The position numbers were made by a program, and so were the translations under genes. A stretch of 64,000 bases of DNA from NCBI GenBank assembly GCA_951406725.2, contig OX597830.1:17856001-17920000 (forward strand), given 5' to 3'. This document shows, one piece after another, positions 12,927-26,528 of this stretch (the stretch's first letter is position 1; each line of letters starts with the position of its first letter). Below the pieces are notes generated by a model. It worked only from the letters and a program-made list of their open reading frames with translations. It searched no databases and had not been told where the DNA came from. Source of the DNA: Octopus vulgaris (lineage: Eukaryota).

Positions 12927-14185
12927 GTTTGACTTTTGCTTTACATTTGTACAAGTTGGCTCCGAGTCTCACCCAGAGACCTCAAGAGACAACAGGCTGG
13001 AAGTTCATGTTGTTGTTATGCCTAGTGTGTCATATATTTGGTTTTGTATTTAGTGTTGTACTAGTGAATGTCTAAAAAAAAAACATACGAAAATTATGTT
13101 TGTTTTAAAACTTGAGATTACATAGAAAGTATTTTGCATACGGATATGAGCAGTTCCCATGAGCACTATCTTTTGAATTTCTGCCATTTTGGGGTTTCCT
13201 GGTATCTGAGTTAGGTAGCAATCAGCCCCTTTTGCTATCATTCCTAGGGCACCTATGACAACAGGTATTGTTTTAGTCTTCAGGTTCCACATTTTGCTGA
13301 TTTCTATTTCAAGATCTTTATATTTGCACAGTTTTTAGTAGGTCTTGGCAGATACGTTTATATCGATTGGGACAGTCATATCAATGAAGAGGCATGTTCT
13401 TTGTCTGAAGTTTTTCAATATGATGTCTGGCCTATTTGAATCTATCTGTCAGTTTGAATTGTGAAGTTCCAGAGGAGTGAGATGTGGTCATTTTCAAGCA
13501 CTGGAGGTGGCTTGTGTTCCCACCAGTTTTTTTATGGGGCAAATCCAGGTTTTTGCAAATTACCCAGTGAATATATTGTGCATCTCTATCATGCCTGTTG
13601 AGGTACTCTGTAGGCGCTAGAAGACTGCACTTCAACATGATCAATGGTTTCATTTTGTTGTTGACATACACGACATGTTGGGTTACTGCCGTTCTTTAAT
13701 ATGTTGGCCTGGTAATTCCTTGAGCTGCTATGATAAACCCTTCTGTTTCAGATTTTAAGCCAGAGGCCATTAGCCATTGATGGGTCAGGGCTCTGTCAAC
13801 ATCTGCATTATTCGCTCTCTTTGGGTATTTGCCATAGAGAGGTTTTTCTTGCCATTTGTCATTCAGAATATCTAAGGCAGCAGTTTTAGCACGGGTTTTC
13901 ATGCGTTTAGCTTTTTCTGTACTTGTTTCTTGTATGTCTAATTCCGAAATTTGTTGTATTCGGAATTCACTTAGATATTCCTTTGCCTGTTTTGTTACTG
14001 TGTATGATGCTTTCTTATTTTCATGTTTTGAGACAAGTTTTAACATCTAGTCCTCAGACTTTTTCAGGTATGTGTCTAGGCCAATTGTAGCAATCTTCAT
14101 TGTTATTGCCAGTTGTAAAAGTCCACAGCCTCGCTCTTTTCTTGGCAGATAAAGTCATTCTATATCTGCCTTAGGGTGGTGCATT
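12925..14185 (-). mobile_element. R4/Dong-like non-LTR retrotransposon 3' fragment (zinc knuckle plus restriction-like endonuclease)
   Basis: WQEKPLYGKY..WLMASGLKSETEGFIIAAQ, YLNRHD, RPDIILK..CLFIDMTVP..KYKDLEIEISKMWNLKTKTIPVVIGALG; flanked by (TTA)n on both sides. Confidence 0.88.
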
Positions 14186-14271
<86 letters not shown>

Positions 14272-14274
14272 CCA

Positions 14275-14427
14275 ATGGGCTTCTTCCAGTTTCCGTCTAT
14301 CAAATCCACTCACAAGGCGTTGGTCGCCCCAAAGCTATAGTAGCCCAAGGTGCTTTGTAGTGGGACTGAACACGTGAACCATGTGGTTGGGAAGCAAGCT
14401 TCTGACCACACAGCCACGCCTGCGCCT
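14275..14427 (-). mobile_element. SINE family A, 5' half
   Basis: Head and central region match family A. Confidence 0.85.
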
Positions 14428-14659
14428 ATCTGTATTTATTTATTTAGTTATTTAAACTTTTGCATATTTGTACATTCCTAGAATACTTTTCCATTCATTT
14501 CTACGTGATTGCGAGTTATAGAAGGATTATGTCATTTTACATTGCCTGGAAAGAAATACAGTTCTCGAAATAGAATGTTCTGTAGTGGAAGACATGCAAC
14601 GATGTGAAGCCATTCATGTTTCCATAATATTGTGTAGCAGAAATAACTCATTAACTCTA

Positions 14660-15125
14660 TTAGGTCATCCCATAAATAATGCGTTTTTTTTACACTTCTT
14701 TTATTTTTCAAAATTAAGATAAACACAGTTCACTTTAATCTAAAATATACTCTCCTTCATTTTCTACAATGCTTTTCCATCTATCTACTAGACTTTCGTA
14801 GACTTGGAAGTCCCCTCTTCCAAAATTTATCTGTCCGTGACGAAAAATATTCCTCCAGTACTGTTCTGACCTCGTCTACAAAATTCATATTTGTTTCCGT
14901 CCAAATGATTTTGAAGACTGCGAAATTAATGATAATCAGATGGGGCGATGTCCAATGAATATGGTAGGTGGGGCATTGTTTTCCATTCAAACTGCTCCAG
15001 CGTTAGGAATGTCATCCTCGCAGTGTGTGGCTGAGAATTATCCTGATGGAAGAACACTTTTCGTGTTGAGACCAAAGATGGACGTTTTTCTTCAAGCGAT
15101 GAATGACCAAATCCAAGCTTTACCC
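14660..15125 (-). mobile_element. Mariner (DD34D) transposon 3' fragment
   Basis: HQDNSQPH..WKTMPHLPYSLDIAPSDY..RWKSIVENEGEYILD across frameshifts; TA-TTAGGTCATCCCATAAATAATGCG TIR. Confidence 0.85.
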
Positions 15126-15399
15126 TCTGGTCAACTCCATAAAGGTTTTACCCATGTCCAAGGGTCGATATAATCGAGCATATCTCTTAAGAGCTATGCC
15201 ACAGCATGTTAGGTTGACAAAGACCAAGACCAGCGTAGAAATATTCTGATAGTGATAAACGAATAAACATTTAAAGCCATGTGTATATCTAATTATAAAG
15301 AGTTGCCAAAAGTCACCTGACATTTATTTATGTTTTAAGAACTGAACGAATTTAATGGAAGCAATTAGATATGAAACATCATGAAAATTGCTCAAACTG

Positions 15400-15503
15400 A
15401 AGTCCTTCTTGAGCGACACATTTTGCCATTCGAGTCAATACAGAATTACAGATAGTGTTTAAGGAATTTTGATTTACTGTCGGGTGACTTTTGGCCAACC
15501 CTG
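15400..15503 (-). mobile_element. Isolated Tc1/mariner terminus
   Basis: TA-CAGGGTTGGCCAAAAGTCACC end on the minus strand; partner TIR not seen. Confidence 0.5.
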
Positions 15504-15560
15504 TACATTACATTTGCATTCATGAATAGGCGGTCTCTCTCTCCATATATATATATATAC

Positions 15561-15679
<119 letters not shown>

Positions 15680-15736
15680 CATATATATATATATATATAT
15701 ATCTTTATGTTTGCGTGCTCGTGTGCATTTGTGCGT

Positions 15737-15780
<44 letters not shown>

Positions 15781-16311
15781 GTGTGTGTGTATTATGTATA
15801 GATATGTATGTCTGTATTATATATATGTATATGTAATATGTGTTCGTATGTGTGTGTGTACATTCCTACATATGCACATTTAAATATGTGAGTATAATTT
15901 ATATTGATTCCAGTGTTTACTGTTCAACTTACAAGAGTGCTCCAGTCATCAATGAGATGTTAATATTTGCAGAGTATTCATATTTGATTGCTTGTCTCTG
16001 GCACTAATTATTGCACATGTACCGCGTTAACACACGCCACACAAATAATACGCACACACACACACACACACAGTAAATATATTAATGTCTGTCACGGAGT
16101 AGTGGTGGTGGTGGTGGTGGTGGTGGAGTAGGAGATATGATTAATGGCTTAGGGAAGAGTTTGGAAAATCTGACATGGATTGTAGTGCAGTCGTCAGGAT
16201 ATTTGGTGTGATGTGATGGTGGCGTGGTGTTGTGATGTAATATAGAACGGTATATATGTGTGTGCAGCGATGTATGGGCTGATGTAGTGTGTGTGTGTGT
16301 TTGTGTGTGTT

Positions 16312-16445
<134 letters not shown>

Positions 16446-16839
16446 TGTGTGTGTGTGAGTGTCTGTGTGTGTTTGTGTGTGTGTGAGTGAATGTGTGTTT
16501 GTGTGAGTGTGTGTATGTGTGTGCGTGTGTGTATGCGTGGTTTAGTGTTAGCTTATCTGCTTGATGAAGTAGTGTTTGATGTCGTCTGAGTGCTATGCGA
16601 TGTAAGATGTGGTGAGATGATGATGTGTGTGTGTGTGCGCGTGTGTGTGTGTGTGTGTTGGTGTGTGGGTGCGTGAGTGTGTGTGTGTAGAGCATTGTGT
16701 GTTTGTTTAGTTAATGCAGTATGGCGTGGAGTAGCGCATTGTGGTGTGATGTAGTATGGTGCTGGTAGTGTGGTGTATTGTGGTATAATATAGTTTTAAT
16801 ATAGTGTTGTGTAATGTGGTTTAAAGATAAAAAAAAAAC

Positions 16840-17145
16840 TGGCATTCCGTCGGTTACGAGGACGAGTGTTCCAGTTGATCCGATCAACGGAACAGCCTGT
16901 TCATGAAATTAGCATGGAAGTGGCCGAGTACTCCACAGATACGCGACCCTTGACTTAGTTCGCGGGGTGACTTAGCGTTAAGCAGAATGTGACAAGGCTG
17001 GCACTTTGAAATACAAGTACCACTCATTTTTTCTAGCTGAGTGAACTGGGGCGACAAGAAATAAAGTCTCTTGCTCAAGGACACATTGCACTGCCAGGAA
17101 TCGATCTCATAACATTACGATCGTGAGCCGAATACCCTAGCCATT
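16840..17145 (-). mobile_element. tRNA-derived SINE, family C-related (different body, C-type tail)
   Basis: Tail shared with 25694-26089; body resembles 59976-60215. Confidence 0.8.
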
Positions 17146-17201
17146 TGCTGCTCTCTCACTCAAAAAAAAATAATAAATAATAATAATAATTGTAGAAGTA
17201 T

Positions 17202-17592
17202 AGGCGTAGGAGTGGCTGTGTGGTAAGAAGCTTGCTTATGAACCACATGGTTCTGGGTTCAGTCCCACTGCGTGGCACCTTGGGCAAGTGTCTTCTACTA
17301 TAGCCTTGGGCCGACAAAAGCCTTGTGAGTGGATTTGGTAGACGGAAACTGAAAGAAGCCCGTCGTATATATGTATATATATGTATATGTATGTGTGTGT
17401 GTCCCCAACATCGCTTGACAATCGATGCTGGCGTGTTTACATCCCCGTAACTTAGCGGTTCGGCAAAAGAGAACGATAGAATAAGTACTAGGCTGACAAA
17501 GAATAAGTCCTGGGGTTGATTTGCTCGACTAAAAGCGGTGCTCCAGCATGGCCACAGTCAAATGACGGAAACAAGTAAAAGAGTAAAAGAGT
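17202..17592 (+). mobile_element. SINE family A, full length
   Basis: A-box TGGCTGTGTGG, B-box GGTTCAGTCCC, ACCTTGGGCAAGT core-like motif, internal microsatellite, (GTAAAAGA)n tail. Confidence 0.92.
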
Positions 17593-18084
17593 ATATTTGA
17601 ACTGTCAAATGTTTTCGTGCACTTTTTTCCATCCAGGGCCACTTCAAGTACCACGTTCTTCTATGTCATCTAGATCTTCATGATCATGATCATGAAGAAA
17701 CATTAAACAAACTTCATCGCTGTATATATATTTTCCATATGCGACTGAATTTTTCCCATCGATAAAGATTGCTTACGTTTAAGCTCATTTAACGAAGTAG
17801 ACGGTCGGGTATTAATTGATGATGTAAACGTTTTGAAACACCAATTGATGACGTACGTTATTCTCTGATGAAATATCATTTGATGGTGTCCACCGTTTCA
17901 GGGTTAAATCTTATCAGAGACCTGAGCATTATCAGTAGTCGATATCGGAATTCACTGCCTTCTGTATTTCATTATGGTAGCATCAGTGTTGTCCCTTCTA
18001 TCGTACATGAACAGCCTCTCATTTAGATAATCTGGGTTTGCTTCATCAAAGATGCTAGCATCCGGATGCAATTAACTTTCATGG

Positions 18085-18144
<60 letters not shown>

Positions 18145-18147
<3 letters not shown>

Positions 18148-18808
18148 TAATATCAGGGTAATATACACACAACGAGATGAATCCAGCATGTAAACTCATT
18201 GCTTGTACATTTTAATTTTTTTCAAATCCACTGCGCAGTCGGTCTATTGTCGGCAACAAAGAGGATGGCGGTAAAAAAATCGAACAAATTTACCAGAAAT
18301 CATTATACATAACAAATAATATCAGGGTAATAAAAATTATAGAAATTTTTACTACCAGTGGCTAGCGTAAAAAAATTTAGTCAATAGACTATATATTATT
18401 CATATAAAATACCGTGTACATTAAAACACATTAAGAGGCTTCCATCAAAGGAATCCTTTATGCTAGAAAGAACAGTTAAAGTCCAAGTCACTAATTAGGG
18501 ATGAATTCTCGAAGGGAATGAAAAATAAAAACATTTTCCATCTAATTCAATTCCCAGACTATGGTTTCTGACCTATTTCAGTAAAATAAAAATTATTATT
18601 TACTGAGGCCGTCTTCGTCAGCGGGTGAGCCTTAGATTAAATATACACACAACGAGATCAATCCAGCATGTAAACTCATTGCTTGTGCATTTTAATTTTT
18701 TTCAAATCCACTGCGCAGGCGCAGTCTATTGTCTATTTTTATTGTTTATTTTTCATTCCCTTCGAGAATTTATCCCTAATTAGTGGCTTGGACTTTAACT
18801 GTTCTCTT
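18145..18808. mobile_element. Non-coding pLTR-like element with direct and inverted repeats and a hammerhead motif
   Basis: Direct repeat about 18158-18250 / 18640-18733; inverted repeat about 18467-18530 / 18745-18808; lies between (TA)n and (TG)n. Confidence 0.7.
18553..18625 (-). ncRNA. Type I hammerhead ribozyme motif
   Basis: CCCG-CUGACGA-[stem II containing UCAGUAAA/UUUACUGA]-GAAA-CCAUAG-UC-UGGG. Confidence 0.65.
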
Positions 18809-18835
18809 GTGTGTGTGTGTGTGTGTGTGTGAGTC

Positions 18836-19993
18836 CACACATGACAGAGGTAAATAGACACCCTTGTAATCATTAAAATTTATTTAAATCTAAAATTATA
18901 CATTCAAATTCTTTATTATAAGCTTTAATGTGAATATCTAATATTTAGTAGACATGCCCTTTGCATTTTTCAATGCAAGGTCCCTATCAAGCATGTTACG
19001 GATCAGACGAATATTCTCTTGCGGAATTTCTTGCCAAGTTTCATGTAGTAATCTCAAAAGATCTGGCTTTGAAGATACTTTCTTGTTCTTTTTATAAAGT
19101 GTCCTGTCTATTATGTCCCAGGGGTGGGGTGCAATAGATTCATATCTGGTAATTGGCTTGGCTATGGAAGCTTTTTAATGCCATTCTTATCCATCTTCCG
19201 TAAAGAGTCTTCTTTAATCTTTTCACCACTGGAGAAAATTGAAAGGAGTCCTTACTACAATATGGACACATATTTACCTGAGTTTATGTTTCCATCACAC
19301 TCCACCAACTCTGATCAACCATTGCTCCAAATTGCTCCCCAGACCATCACAGAATAGCTGCCGTGTTTCATTGTTGGCAGCAGTCTTTCCACAAATTCTT
19401 GATCACAGAGTCTCCAGAACCACACTCGATCACTGTCAGGAAATACAGCAAATCTGGACTCATCAGGAAATATGACTATGTCCCAAAATGCTAGTAGCCT
19501 CTCCACCATCTCACTGGCCCAATCTTTTCTCTGCTTCATGTTGGCTGGTCGAAGAAGTGGCTTCCTTTTTGCTGCTCTGCCATAGTAACCAAGTTTGTGG
19601 AGATACCTGACAGCTGTTCTGAGATTGACATCGACTTGTTCTGCCATGTCAGAAGCCTTGCAACGAGAATTATCCTCCACACTTCTCTAAACAAAACGCG
19701 GGGTCAAGTCAGAGGGCCATGTTTGAACTGAGCGAGATGATGTAGACTCATTCCCCTCTTTAGTAAATTGCACAATCATTCCATTAACTGTAAAAACGAT
19801 TTTGCGCTATGTCCACCTTCAGAAAGACCCACAATACGGCCGCTTTGAAATTCAGACAGTTCCTAGGCTTCTTTTGTACATGCCGTGATTAAACAGTCAC
19901 ATATAGAACCTGAAACATAAAAATGTCAATTAATAAAAAGTATAAAACTTTACAAGTTTTACGGGGAGTCTATTTACTTCTGTCACATCTGTG
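18836..19993 (-). mobile_element. Decayed Tc1 transposon
   Basis: ORF 19315-19680 with [36 protein letters not shown]; imperfect TIRs TGACAGAGGTAAATAGAC / GTCTATTTACTTCTGTCA. Confidence 0.9.
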
Positions 19994-20009
19994 TAGATAT
20001 ATCGATATA

Positions 20010-21242
20010 ATTAAAGAATAAAAATGGAGAGTTGATAAGGATATAAGATTAATTTGTTAACAGACTGCCAAATAAAAGCCTATGAACATTTAAATTCAGT
20101 CCAATATACAATTGTAAATTCAAAGACTGGAATAAATCCAAATATTAGAATAAAATAACATATTCAAAGATTGGAACACATACATACGCGTTAACAGGAG
20201 TATATATACAGATATAGAAATAATACTTATTTTTCACGGCTATCCTCTTCAAATTAAACTATACACATACATAAACAAATCAATCTGATTCGATAAGTTT
20301 TTATAATAATAAATACATAGGCAGTAATATACATTGATAACGTAAACCAATAGAAATTTACATAGATAACGGTCTTATTTTTTAAATTTTACTTTATATT
20401 ATATATTTATCATAATTTGGTTTTTACTTTTATTTCTTTGCCTTATACTATATTTTTATTTTTTAATATTATTTTTTTTTAATTATTAGCATATACATAC
20501 ACACAATAAACAGATGAATCTTAATCTTCTTCGTCTGTTAATAAAATCCAATCCATCAACATGTAACTCTTTCTATTGTACTCTAGCCCTGATGAGATTC
20601 TACGATTCTACGATTCTCGTACTCAATACAGGATGTTTCAAAAGTCTATGTCACGTTCTAAGAACTCTTAAGTCATAAACTACAAATGGCAGCATAAGTG
20701 AACTGCTACCATTTATGAGCTAAAATGTCAAGTTTTCTTCTGTTTATTTAATTTAAATTTAATTAATTTGATTTTGTTTTGCTTTTTGTCTCTTTTCAGA
20801 TCCAGTGACGTCCTTCACAAAACAAGAGAAGTCATTTTGTGCCCTATAATACGCTAAAACTGAATCATGGACACGTGTTCAACGCTAATTTCGTACAACG
20901 TTTACCAAACAGACACCAGAAGGATGTTCCATTTTGAATATAATGAGGAGGGATGTGTTTTAACACAAAAACAAACTTGACACTTTTAGCTTTTAAATGG
21001 TACCAGTTCAATTATGCTACCATTTGTGGTTCATGATACAAGAGTTCTTAGAATGTGACATAGTCTTTTGAAACACCCTGTATTATTGAAAATGTTATTT
21101 TATTTTAATCCTTGGATTTATTCCAATCTTGGAATTTGCAATTGTAAATTGGACTGGATTGAAACGTGCGTAGGCTTTTATTTGGCAGTATGTTAATAAA
21201 TTAATTTTATATCCTTACCAATTCTCCATTCTTCTTTAATGA
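20010..21242. mobile_element. Older inverted-repeat element with a hammerhead split by a MITE
   Basis: About 20010-20167 is a diverged reverse complement of about 21086-21242; AGCC-CTGATGA at 20585-20595 and GAAACGTGCG-TA-GGCT at 21161-21176. Confidence 0.65.
20629..21080 (+). mobile_element. Internally deleted Tc1/mariner element (DUF4817-type HTH relic)
   Basis: About 105-bp TIRs starting CAGG(A/G)TGTTTCAAAAG, TA TSD; internal FTKQEKSFCAL*YAKTESWTRVQR*FRTTF; duplicate at 26842-27293. Confidence 0.88.
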
Positions 21243-21361
21243 TATTTATACTTATAACAATCTCATATATATCGAAGAGATATTTCTCATTGGTGTTGGT
21301 GATAGAATCAGTGAAATCTCGGATATAATAGTCCCTTATGAGGATAAGATCTCCTCGCATG

Positions 21362-21444
<83 letters not shown>

Positions 21445-21445
<1 letters not shown>

Positions 21446-21791
21446 CTAATGTAGGATAAAAAATTTTTCGGGAAAAACTTTTTATCAATGGCCAACATAT
21501 CAAAAAATACCTTTAAAGGTTAAATTTATAAATAATTTACAAGATAAGGGCAAAAGAAAAATTCTAATGCCAAATATGCCGAAAAAAAGACAAGAATTGT
21601 CAATAACCATTAAAATTTATGCGTCTCGAAACAAACCGATAGAAATCTCTAAAAATTTCGTTATTACCGTATTGGTCCAATTTCGGGGTTAATTCATAAG
21701 AAATTTTCCTCTCTTCAGCGGCAAATACGCGAGATATAAGTGAAATACTTACTCATACCCTTATCGTGTAAATCTTTTGCCCTTATCTTGT

Positions 21792-21797
<6 letters not shown>
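21445..21797 (-). mobile_element. Short hammerhead-containing element embedded in (TA)n
   Basis: (TA)n on both sides; 25-bp inverted repeat 21533-21557 / 21773-21797. Confidence 0.7.
21667..21721 (-). ncRNA. Type I hammerhead ribozyme motif (duplicate at 27878-27932)
   Basis: CCG-CUGAAGA-GAGG...CCCC-GAAA-UUGGACCAA-UA-CGG. Confidence 0.75.
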
Positions 21798-21852
<55 letters not shown>

Positions 21853-21860
<8 letters not shown>

Positions 21861-22019
21861 CAAAACAGTTTTATTCCGATTCCGTACTACTTAGAGTTCT
21901 AAAACCCATAGCGGGAGCCTTTCTTCAGGACAGTGAAACTGGCCGAAGGAAAGGCCCTCCATACGGGCTTTGAAATTTTTAGTAGCACGCGATCCGAATC
22001 AAACTGTTTTGAACAATAT
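21853..22019. mobile_element. About 165-bp fold-back element next to (TA)n with degenerate hammerhead-like arms
   Basis: ATATTGTTCAAAACAGTTT / AAACTGTTTTGAACAATAT termini with imperfect symmetry throughout; CTGAAGAAAGGC on the minus arm, AAGGCCC..GGGCTTT-GAAA on the plus arm. Confidence 0.6.
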
Positions 22020-22231
22020 GTGTAGCCCCAATGTTCGTTTGGCCATCAACTTATATATATATATATTTGAAAAAAGGCTTGAAAATGCAAAGGTCTTTAT
22101 ATTTTGTTTTTGATAATCTTTTTCTAAAATGTGAAACCGGTTAAGTCAATAAACATCTCGAAAAGACCTTTTCAAACTTTCTTTCATATATATTTTCACT
22201 CGTGCGGTACCTTACAACTTTACTTTGTTAA

Positions 22232-22317
<86 letters not shown>

Positions 22318-22520
22318 GAGATATAGTGATAGAGATAGATAGATGAGAGAGAGAGATGATAGAGAGATAATGAACTGATATGTAGACAGACAAATAATAT
22401 TATTAAAAAGCAGACAAGGTGGTATTCCAAGCTTTATAAAACATGTACGCTTTTCGACAAAATTATTGTGATTTTATTTATATAATCCGCATAGACATAA
22501 GTATAACTGTCTATCTATCA

Positions 22521-22581
<61 letters not shown>

Positions 22582-22591
22582 TGTGCGAGTA

Positions 22592-22650
<59 letters not shown>

Positions 22651-22689
22651 TGAGAGAGAGAGAGAGAGACTTACATACCCACACAGATA

Positions 22690-23074
22690 CTCTCTTCACT
22701 CTTTTTCTTGTTTCAGTCATTTGACTGTGGCCATGCTGGAGCACCGTCTTTAGTCGAGCAAATCGACCCTAGGACTTATTCTTTGTGAGCCTAGTGCTTA
22801 TTCTATCGGTCTCTTATGCCCAATCGCTAAATTACGGGGACGCAAACACACCACCATCGATTGTCAAGCGATGTTGGGGGGGACAAACACAGACACACAA
22901 ACATATAAACACAACTACACATACATATACTTATATACGACAGTTTTCTTTCAGTTTCCGTCAACCAAATCCTCTCACAAGGCTTTGGTCGGCCCGAGGC
23001 GATAGCAGAAGACACTTGCACAAGGTGCCACGCAGTGGGAATGAACCCGGAACCACACAGCCACTCCTGCGCCT
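22690..23074 (-). mobile_element. SINE family A (duplicate at 28900-29284)
   Basis: Family A match with a short deletion in the head. Confidence 0.9.
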
Positions 23075-23120
23075 ACGTTATAAATAGATAGATTAGATAG
23101 ATATATAGATAGATAGATAT

Positions 23121-23223
<103 letters not shown>

Positions 23224-23863
23224 TTATGCATATGTATCTTCATGCACACACATACAATATATACATTCTGAATGAGGATAGATTAGTTGAATAAGCATCG
23301 GAATTGTGAGTAGGCGTTTGATTAGGGGTTTTGGTGGGTGATTGAAGGCGGTTGTTTCCAATTATATTGTTTCGTTATATACATATACCGACATAAACAT
23401 ATTCATTCATACATACATGCATAAATATATATTATCTCTGTACACACACACAGACACACACAAAGCTCGTATAGCAATGACCTCACGCTGGGGTTAGCAA
23501 TTAATCATTGAACTTAGGTCTCTGTTGTTTTATCACACAATCCTTAACATACGATACGGATGCTTGGTTACATACATTCATAATTATATATATGCAGTGT
23601 GTCCATACATATAAATATATATATATATATATATATCTTTATGAGTATGTATGTATATGCGTATATATGTAGTTATAAGTACATATGTGCATCTGCATAT
23701 ATGCTTGACGCAAGATATTCTTTTATGATGCAAATTGTACTGGTTGTTTGCGGTTTGCTATGAATGATTGCTGGACAGTTAGACACATTTTCTGATAGAG
23801 AAAACCGTGCATAGGAAGGCGGAATGTAGATATATAGATAGACATACAGACAAACAGATAAAC

Positions 23864-24086
<223 letters not shown>

Positions 24087-24107
24087 CACACAGATAGATA
24101 GATAGAT

Positions 24108-24180
<73 letters not shown>

Positions 24181-24299
24181 GAGCGGATAGCTAAATGATT
24201 TCAGTCTATCGACTGCGGCTTTGAAGAGGCATCGTGGATTCCATTGGATCATATGGACATCAGTATACGCACCCATACACCTATGCAACCACACACACG

Positions 24300-24334
<35 letters not shown>

Positions 24335-24613
24335 CGAATATTTATAAATATGTCTATGTACATACATATACGCTTACGTCTATGTGTGCAAATGTGAGCG
24401 TGTCTATATACATACATATATTTGTATGTGTGTGTGAGTCTGTGTATGTATGTATATATGTATGTGTGTGTGTAAAGAGAGACGCATTTACACACACACA
24501 TACATACATACAACACGCCTACGCCCATACATCTACACACGCGCATACACACACGCACAGATGCGCACGGACACATATGCGCGCACCAACGCGCGTATTT
24601 CTACTTAAGTACG

Positions 24614-24714
<101 letters not shown>

Positions 24715-24745
24715 GCATCCATATATATGTATATATATAAACATA

Positions 24746-24923
<178 letters not shown>

Positions 24924-25285
24924 CATGAATGTTTATGAATGTGTGTATCACATTAGATAATTTGACTGAATGATTGAAAGATTGATTACTAGAAAACGAG
25001 AAAGAGGGAAAAAGAGATTTGGATAATATATTATTGTGGCCTCCCCTCCGAGTTTAATTATTAATGATTGATTTTGAAGGCTGAGTACTTTCAAGTGTAT
25101 ATGTTTTACACAAAGAAAGATGATATTCGAGCATTGTCGGACGTTCGGCCGGTCTCGGTTGATTCCGGTGTATTAAAAACTACAGCGATGGCGGCGTGTA
25201 TGAAAAAAGCTTTTAGCGCTCTCAGTTCTTGTCATTTTATTGCCTTTTTATGACAGCGACGTCGGGAACGTATATTCTGGATGAC

Positions 25286-26295
25286 AAGGCGGCGAGATGG
25301 CAGAAACGTTAGCACGCCGGGCGAAATGCTCAGCAGTATTTCGTCTGTCGCTACGTTCTGAGTTCAAATTCCGCCGAGGTCGACTTTGCCTTTCATCCTT
25401 TCGGGGTCGATAAATTAAGTACCAGTTACGAACTAGGGTCGATATAATCGACTTAATCCATCTGTCTGTCCTTGTTTGTCCTCTCTGTGTTTAGCCCCTT
25501 GTGGGTAGTAAAGAGATAAGTATTCCGTCTGTCTTTACGTTCTGAGTCAAATTCTGCCAAGGCCAACTTTGCCTTTCATCCTTTCGGGGTCGATTAAATA
25601 AGTACCAGTTACGCACTGGGGTCGATATATTCGACTTAATCCGTTTGTCTGTCCTTGTTTGTCCTCTCTGTGTTTAGTCCCTTGTGGGTACTAGGGAGGA
25701 AGGGAGGAAGCACTCCGTCGGTTACGACGATGAGGGTTCCGGTTGATCCGAATCAACTGAACAGCCTGCTCGTGAAATTAACGTGTAAGTGGCTGAGCAC
25801 TCCACAGACACGTGTACCCTTAACGCAGTTCTTGGGGATATTCAGCGTGACACAGAGAGTGACAAGGCCGGCCCTTTGAAATACAGGTACAACAGAAACA
25901 GGAAGTAAGAGTGAGAGAAAGTTGTGGTGAAAGAGTACAGCAGGGATCACCACCACCCCCTGCCGGAGCCTCGTGGAGCTTTAGGTGTTTTCGCTCAATA
26001 AACACTCACAACGCCCGGTCTGGGAATCGAAACCGCGATCCTATGACCGCGAGTCCGCTGCCCTAACCACTGGGCCATTGCGCCTCCACCTTGTGGGTAC
26101 TAATGAAATAGGTATTTCGTCTGCCGTTACGTTCTGAGTTCAAATTCCGCCGAGGTCGACTTTGCCTTTCATCCTTTCGGGGTCGATTAAATAACTACCA
26201 GTTACGCACTGGGGTCGATATAATCGACTTAATCCGTTTATCTGTTCTTGTTTGTCCCTTCTGTGTTTAGCCCCTTTTGGGTAGTAAAGAAATAG
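25286..26295 (+). mobile_element. SINE family B stack (one head plus three bodies); duplicate at 31485-32494
   Basis: Three bodies of about 185 bp head-to-tail; 15-bp TSD GTATATTCTGGATGA at 25270-25284 and 26296-26310. Confidence 0.9.
25694..26089 (-). mobile_element. tRNA-derived SINE family C nested in the B stack; duplicate at 31893-32288
   Basis: Head GTGGAGGCGCAATGGCCCAGTGGTTAGG..GGTTTCGATTCCC; 13-bp TSD CTTGTGGGTACTA at 25681-25693 and 26090-26102. Confidence 0.92.
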
Positions 26296-26428
26296 GTATA
26301 TTCTGGATGAGCTAGTTGTTCCCGGTATACCCACAAAAAGTGATTAATCTATCGTAAGCATCGGTTTCAAACTTTGGCACAAGGCCAGCAGTTTCGGGCG
26401 GCGGGGTACTAAGTCAATTACATCGATC

Positions 26429-26528
26429 NNNNNNNNNNNNNNNNNNNNNNNNNNNNNNNNNNNNNNNNNNNNNNNNNNNNNNNNNNNNNNNNNNNNNNNN
26501 NNNNNNNNNNNNNNNNNNNNNNNNNNNN
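26429..26528. other. 100-N scaffold gap
   Basis: Run of N. Confidence 0.99.

Noticed and set aside
17885-17925. Possible hammerhead on the minus strand (CUGAUAA..GAAACGG)
   Set aside because: Core mutated and stems II and III do not pair convincingly
25286-26295. Regularly repeated units resembling a CRISPR array
   Set aside because: Units are SINE bodies of about 185 bp with no unique spacers, in eukaryotic DNA with no cas genes
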